Assembly (NCBI GenBank): GCA_009694295.1
Contig: SHVJ01000002.1
Location: 1 to 59,076, forward strand
Direction: 5' to 3'
Origin: Acidimicrobiia bacterium
GTDB taxonomy: Bacteria > Actinomycetota > Acidimicrobiia > IMCC26256 > PALSA-555
Length of the DNA: 59,076 nt
Shown here: positions 55,103 through 59,076 of the stretch, in pieces
How positions within the stretch are numbered: position 1 is the stretch's first letter
Layout: every line of letters begins with the position of its first letter
Position numbers and translations under genes: made by a program
The notes under the pieces: generated by a model
Databases searched by the model: none
Told to the model about the DNA's origin: nothing
What the model saw: the letters and a program-made list of their open reading frames with translations, nothing else

Positions 55103-56281
55103 TCAGGCGCCGTCGAGCACCTGGAACAGCTCCCAGGTTCCGGGAATGCCCTTGAGCTCATGGGTGCCCACCGACTCGAACGTGACTTGCTGGCCGGCGA
55201 ACGCGGCCACGACCGACGCGGTGACGTACACCGCATGTCCGGCGGCCGCTGCCATGACGCGAGCGGCGATGTTGACTGCGAGGCCCGAGACATCGTCGCC
55301 GCGGCGGTCGATGTCGCCAACGTGGATGCCCACCCGCACCGAGAGGCCGTCGATCGCGAGCTGATCGCAGAGCTGCCCGGCGGCCTGGACTGCGGTGGCG
55401 GCCGACGGGAACAGCGCGAGCACGCCGTCGCCCGTCGTCTTCACGACCGTGCCCCCACTCCGTCCGACGACCCGACGGATGGCGGCGTCGTGGCGATCGA
55501 GCACGGCCTTCCACTGTGCATCACCCATGGCCGCGGCGCGCGCGGTGGAGTCGACGAGATCGGTGAACATCACCGCCGACAGCAGCCGTTGCGGTGGCGG
55601 CAGTCGATGCTCACCCACAACGAAGTCGGCGATCTCGGCCACGAGCGCGTCCACATCCGCGACGAACGGGAAGTGGTCGTGGCCGTCGAGCTCGACCACC
55701 GTCACGTTCGGCGCCTGCAGCCCTTCGAAGCTCATGAGGTTGGCGGTCGTCACCCACTCGTTGTCACGTCGGTGGAGCACGAGAATCGGGGCGGTCACCG
55801 AATCAAAGAGCTGTTCGCTCGGACGCGGGTTGAGCACCGTTTCCCAGATCCGTTGCGCCGTCGCCGGGCTCGCCCCCGTACGGCCCGCTCGGGCATACCA
55901 CTCGAGGAACGCGGGATCGGATGCTCGCGACGACGCCACCCAATGCAGGACGTCGGGCGCGCCGTCGAGGATGCCGGTGACCATCTCCACCCGTCTGCGC
56001 GCGAACTCGTCCCAGCGATCTTCGGCCGTGACCAACGGCTCATACAGCACGAGCGACCGCACTCGATCGGGATGTCGCGCCGCGTACCGCGTGGCGACAC
56101 CAAACCCGTCCCACGCGAACACCGTCACCTCGGCGGCACCCGCGGCATCGACGACCGCGACGAGGTCCTCGGTCCACTGCTCAGGGATCGTCCGCTCCCA
56201 ATCGGTGATGGGATCGGAGAGACCGATCCCCCGGCGGTCGAACACGATCACCCGGCCGAGTGTGCGCAAGCCGTCGAACAT
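55103..56281 (-). CDS. class III adenylate/guanylate cyclase fused to an N-terminally truncated alpha/beta-hydrolase domain
   Basis: The C-terminus is AVMFTDLVDSTARAA ... VKTTGDGVLALF ... RVGIHVGD ... GLAVNIAARV. The hydrolase part begins only at RVIVFDRRGIGLSDP, so the usual first about 60 aa are missing. Start drawn at the internal ATG at 56281. Confidence 0.75.
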   Translation of the reverse strand: MFDGLRTLGRVIVFDRRGIGLSDPITDWERTIPEQWTEDLVAVVDAAGAAEVTVFAWDGFGVATRYAARHPDRVRSLVLYEPLVTAEDRWDEFARRRVEMVTGILDGAPDVLHWVASSRASDPAFLEWYARAGRTGASPATAQRIWETVLNPRPSEQLFDSVTAPILVLHRRDNEWVTTANLMSFEGLQAPNVTVVELDGHDHFPFVADVDALVAEIADFVVGEHRLPPPQRLLSAVMFTDLVDSTARAAAMGDAQWKAVLDRHDAAIRRVVGRSGGTVVKTTGDGVLALFPSAATAVQAAGQLCDQLAIDGLSVRVGIHVGDIDRRGDDVSGLAVNIAARVMAAAAGHAVYVTASVVAAFAGQQVTFESVGTHELKGIPGTWELFQVLDGA

Positions 56282-56794
56282 CCGCACGCGGGCGGGTACA
56301 CGACTCGACCCCGGATCGATGGGTCGTATTTGGCCAGGCGGAGCACCTGCGCGGCTTCGGGTGGCGCCCACGACGGCAGCGTGATGTGGATGCCCAGCGG
56401 CGCCGACGGCTCGAAGCCGAAGCGCGGGTAGTACAGCGGGCTGCCTTCGAGCACCACGAGCCGTTCACCTCGAGCGTCGGCGCGTGCAGTGACGTCCCTC
56501 ACCAGCGCCGATCCGATCCCGTTGTTCTGATGTTCTGGTGCGACGGCGAGTGGCGAGTGGCGAGAGGCTCGCGATGTCGCACCTCAATCCGTCGTCCTCG
56601 AGCCCCACGTAGCCGATCATCACGTGGCCGACGATCTGATCGTCAACCTCGGCCACGAGCGAGAGCTCCGGGATGAAGCTGGGTGACGCCCGCAGCGCGG
56701 CAACGAGGTCCGCGTGCTCCTGAGAGTTGAACGCCGCGGCAAGAACAACGCCGATCGCGTCCGCGTCGCCAGGCTGCTCCGGGCGGATGATCAC
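56248..56794 (-). pseudogene. GNAT N-acetyltransferase disrupted by a 7-bp tandem duplication
   Basis: VIIRPEQPGDADAIGVVLAAAF...IVGHVMIGYVGL...IASLSPLA is followed by a frame break. Removing one GGCGAGT copy restores ...SPLAVAPEHQNNGIGSALVRDVTARADARGERLVVLEGSPLYYPRFGF (the Q/RxxGxG/A acetyl-CoA motif). Confidence 0.75.
56545..56564. repeat. GGCGAGT x 2.9 (7-bp slippage duplication)
   Basis: The sequence ggcgagtggcgagtggcgag was read directly. Confidence 0.85.
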
Positions 56795-56810
56795 GCCGGC
56801 CGGCGACGAC

Positions 56811-57618
56811 TCAGCCGACGGCAGCGACCGCGTCGGCAACCAACTTGGCGGTAGCACCAGGCGTCTCGACGAGGAACATGTGCGTGCCTTCGACCGTGGC
56901 CATCGTGACGCCCGGGCAGGCTTCGAGGGTCGCTCGTTCCTCGTCCTTGAGCCCGACCTCGTCATCCGTTCCGAACACGACCCATGCCTTCACACCCGAG
57001 TCGCACAACCGCGGGGCGAGGTTCTTGTGGTGGTCGAGGTACGCGAAGTAGAGCTTGACGTTCGCACGGCAGACACCGGGGTCGTTCTTGGCCATCTCTG
57101 CGGCAAGCGCCTTCACGCGGGCTTGCGGTAGCGACTTCATCGACTTGGTGATCTGACCCAGGATGCTCTTGAGGGCAAGCCGCCAGACAAGGGGTCCGAG
57201 CAACGGCAGTCGGCCGATCTTGTCGAGCACGCCCAGTGCCTTCGCTTCGTCCTCGCGCGAGAACGAGGCCGAGAGCAGCACGATCGGACCGGAGAACACG
57301 CCGAGCGCAGCCATCTCCAACGCGATGTTTGCGCCGTAGCTGTGCCCGACGACCACATCGGCGCCCAGGTCGGCGGCCACCTTGCCCGTCGCTCGCGCGT
57401 ACGCCTCCATGCTCACGTCGTCCAGCGGTGGTGCGCCGGCCCCACCCTGGCATCGTGACTGCGATCAGGCGCGCGCCCGCGAGTGCCGGCTCGGCCATCA
57501 CTTCGTCGTAGAACGTTGCGGAGCAGAGCGCGCCGGGAAGCAGGAGCACCGTGCGGGCCGCGTCAGCCGGTCCGGCGGTGAGCGTGTCCCAGCCGTGGTG
57601 CGTTCCGGCTGTGCTCAT
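56811..57618 (-). pseudogene. alpha/beta hydrolase split by a +1 frameshift
   Basis: MSTAGTHHGWDTLTAGPADAARTVLLLPGALCSATFYDEVMAEPALAGARLIAVTMPGWG changes frame at 57426-57435 and continues as (GAPPLDDV)SMEAYARATGKVAADLGADVVVGHSYGANIALEMAA (GHSYG nucleophile elbow). A strong GGGGAGGGGA SD precedes the ATG. Confidence 0.7.
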
Positions 57619-57647
57619 GTCCCCTCCCCGCGACGAGTGAGGCGACG

Positions 57648-59076
57648 CTACGCCAGTTCGATGAGGGGGAGCATTTCGTCGTCGAAGTAGTCGAGGATGC
57701 CTTCGGGCATGAGCAATGCACGGTCCGGCGCGAGCGATCGCACGAACTCCACGTCGTGACTCACGACGATCATGGTGCCCGGCCACGATGCGAGTGCCTC
57801 ACCGGTCGCAGTGCGTGCCATCGGGTCGAGGTTGTTCGTGGGCTCGTCGAGCAGCAACAGGTTGTGTTGGCCACCGACGAGCTGACACAGGGCGAGCTTC
57901 GTCTTCTCGCCGCCCGAGAGCGTCGCTGCGTCTTGGAACGCCTTCGCTCCGCTCAACGCGAACATCCCGAGAAGCGCCCGCAGCTTGTCGTCGCCGAGAC
58001 CGACCGCGTCGCGCATGTGCTCGAGCACCGTGCGGCCCGCTTGGATGCCTTCGTGCTCCTGGGCGTAGTAGCCGAGCGACACGTTCGTACCGAGCGCTAC
58101 CTCGCCGAGATCGGCTTCGATTCTGTTGGCAAGCACCTTCAAAAGAGTGGTCTTACCCGCGCCGTTGAGCCCCATCACAAGGAGCCGCTCGCCGCGCCCC
58201 ACGTCGAAGTTCACGTCGGAGAACACGTCGAGCGCGCCGAAGGTCTTCCAGAGTCCGGTTGCGGTGAGCGTGGTGCGCGCGCTGCGCGGCGGCTCAGGAA
58301 AGCGCAGATTCAGCTTGCGCTTCTTCGTCGGCGCTTCCACCCGGTCGCTAGTCATCCGCTTCACGCGGGAGTCGAGGCTCTTGGCCTGACGGGCGCGCTT
58401 CACGGTCTGGCCGCGCATCGTGTTGGCGAGAGTAGAGAGGCGGGCGATCTCAGCGTCTTGGCGCACGCGCAGCTTGCGCAAGCGCAGCTCGTCTTGGTCG
58501 CGGGCCGTCAGGTACTCGGAATACGTGCCCTTGTACTCCACGAGGTTCCCGGCGCCTTCTTCGGACTCGCGGTCGATGTGGATCACGCGCGTGATGGCGT
58601 CGTCGAGCAGGTCGAGGTCGTGGCTCACCACCACGAGCGCGCCGCGGTAGGAGCGCAGAAGCTTGAGGAGCCAGTTGCGGGCGTCGGCATCGAGGTGGTT
58701 GGTGGGCTCGTCGAGGAGGAGCACCTCGCTGCCAGTAAAGAGAATGCGCACCAGCTCCAGGCGGCGCCGCTCCCCACCCGACAGCGCGCCAAGGTGCAGG
58801 TCGAGACGGTCGTCGCCGAGCCCCACACCGGCGGCGAGTCGCCGCACTTCCGACTCCGCGCTGTACCCGCCAGCAGCCTCGAACTTCTCCTGAAGGTGGG
58901 AGTAGTGGTTGACGTTGGCCGACGACGGGTCGCTCTCGAGCCCGATGCGCGCCTTCTCGAGCTCGTCCTGCAGCGCAGCGAGCCCGTGCCCTTCGAGCAC
59001 ATGGGCGAGACACGAGACGTCGTCAGGCACCGAATCGCTGCGCGGATCCTGCGAGAGATAGCCCGTGGCCGCCGGG
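57648..59076 (-). CDS. ABC-F family ATPase (N-terminus beyond window edge)
   Basis: It has two ABC cassettes without TM domains: LSGGERRRLEL ... LLLDEPTNHLD ... an Arg/Lys-rich inter-domain linker ... GLNGAGKTTLLK ... LSGGEKTKLAL ... LLLDEPTNNLD. Confidence 0.9.
   Translation of the reverse strand, partial: PAATGYLSQDPRSDSVPDDVSCLAHVLEGHGLAALQDELEKARIGLESDPSSANVNHYSHLQEKFEAAGGYSAESEVRRLAAGVGLGDDRLDLHLGALSGGERRRLELVRILFTGSEVLLLDEPTNHLDADARNWLLKLLRSYRGALVVVSHDLDLLDDAITRVIHIDRESEEGAGNLVEYKGTYSEYLTARDQDELRLRKLRVRQDAEIARLSTLANTMRGQTVKRARQAKSLDSRVKRMTSDRVEAPTKKRKLNLRFPEPPRSARTTLTATGLWKTFGALDVFSDVNFDVGRGERLLVMGLNGAGKTTLLKVLANRIEADLGEVALGTNVSLGYYAQEHEGIQAGRTVLEHMRDAVGLGDDKLRALLGMFALSGAKAFQDAATLSGGEKTKLALCQLVGGQHNLLLLDEPTNNLDPMARTATGEALASWPGTMIVVSHDVEFVRSLAPDRALLMPEGILDYFDDEMLPLIELA

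Overview
The window is a very GC-rich, densely coding chromosomal segment of actinobacterial character. Markers include an F420-type LLM oxidoreductase, an MMPL transporter, a DinB/DUF664 protein, a CYP124-like P450, GC-saturated third codon positions and many ATGA/GTGA start-stop overlaps. I support about 50 protein-coding genes or gene remnants. I found no rRNA, tRNA, CRISPR array, transposase, integrase or phage genes.

Gene content is mainly lipid and xenobiotic catabolism:
- 2 acyl-CoA dehydrogenases, 3 enoyl-CoA hydratases and 2 FadD-type ligases
- 4 amidohydrolase_2 paralogues, 2 SDRs and an acetoacetate-decarboxylase-like protein
- a family III CoA-transferase, a type I sulfatase and a TauD-family dioxygenase
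- a P450 paired with an LLM oxidoreductase

Housekeeping-like modules are also present: cydAB, plsY-MFS-degV, cysQ, a transaminase/omega-amidase pair, an MMPL-M28 peptidase pair and an ABC-F ATPase. No DNA-binding transcription factor gene was recognised anywhere in the 59 kb.

Two properties stand out.
1. Short perfect tandem repeats are unusually frequent, with units of 6/12, 7, 9, 12, 14 and 15 bp. One is a 144-bp in-frame minisatellite inside a FadD-type gene.
2. At least eight genes look frame-disrupted, internally deleted or truncated. They cluster at 15.3-16.7 kb, 35.4-36.5 kb and 51.2-57.6 kb. Some lesions are single-base changes in G/C runs and could be assembly errors. Others cannot be homopolymer errors: a 7-bp duplication, internal deletions and a P450 tail remnant.

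I did not recognise a defence system, a biosynthetic cluster or a mobile element. The most system-like candidates are modest:
- a beta-oxidation operon ending in a sulfatase, with a TauD-family gene nearby
- an SDR/amidohydrolase/ADC-like module with a palindromic operator candidate
- a repeat-laden leader upstream of cydAB, flanked by two small membrane-peptide ORFs

All functional calls rest on motif recognition by eye in the supplied translations. No database search was run.
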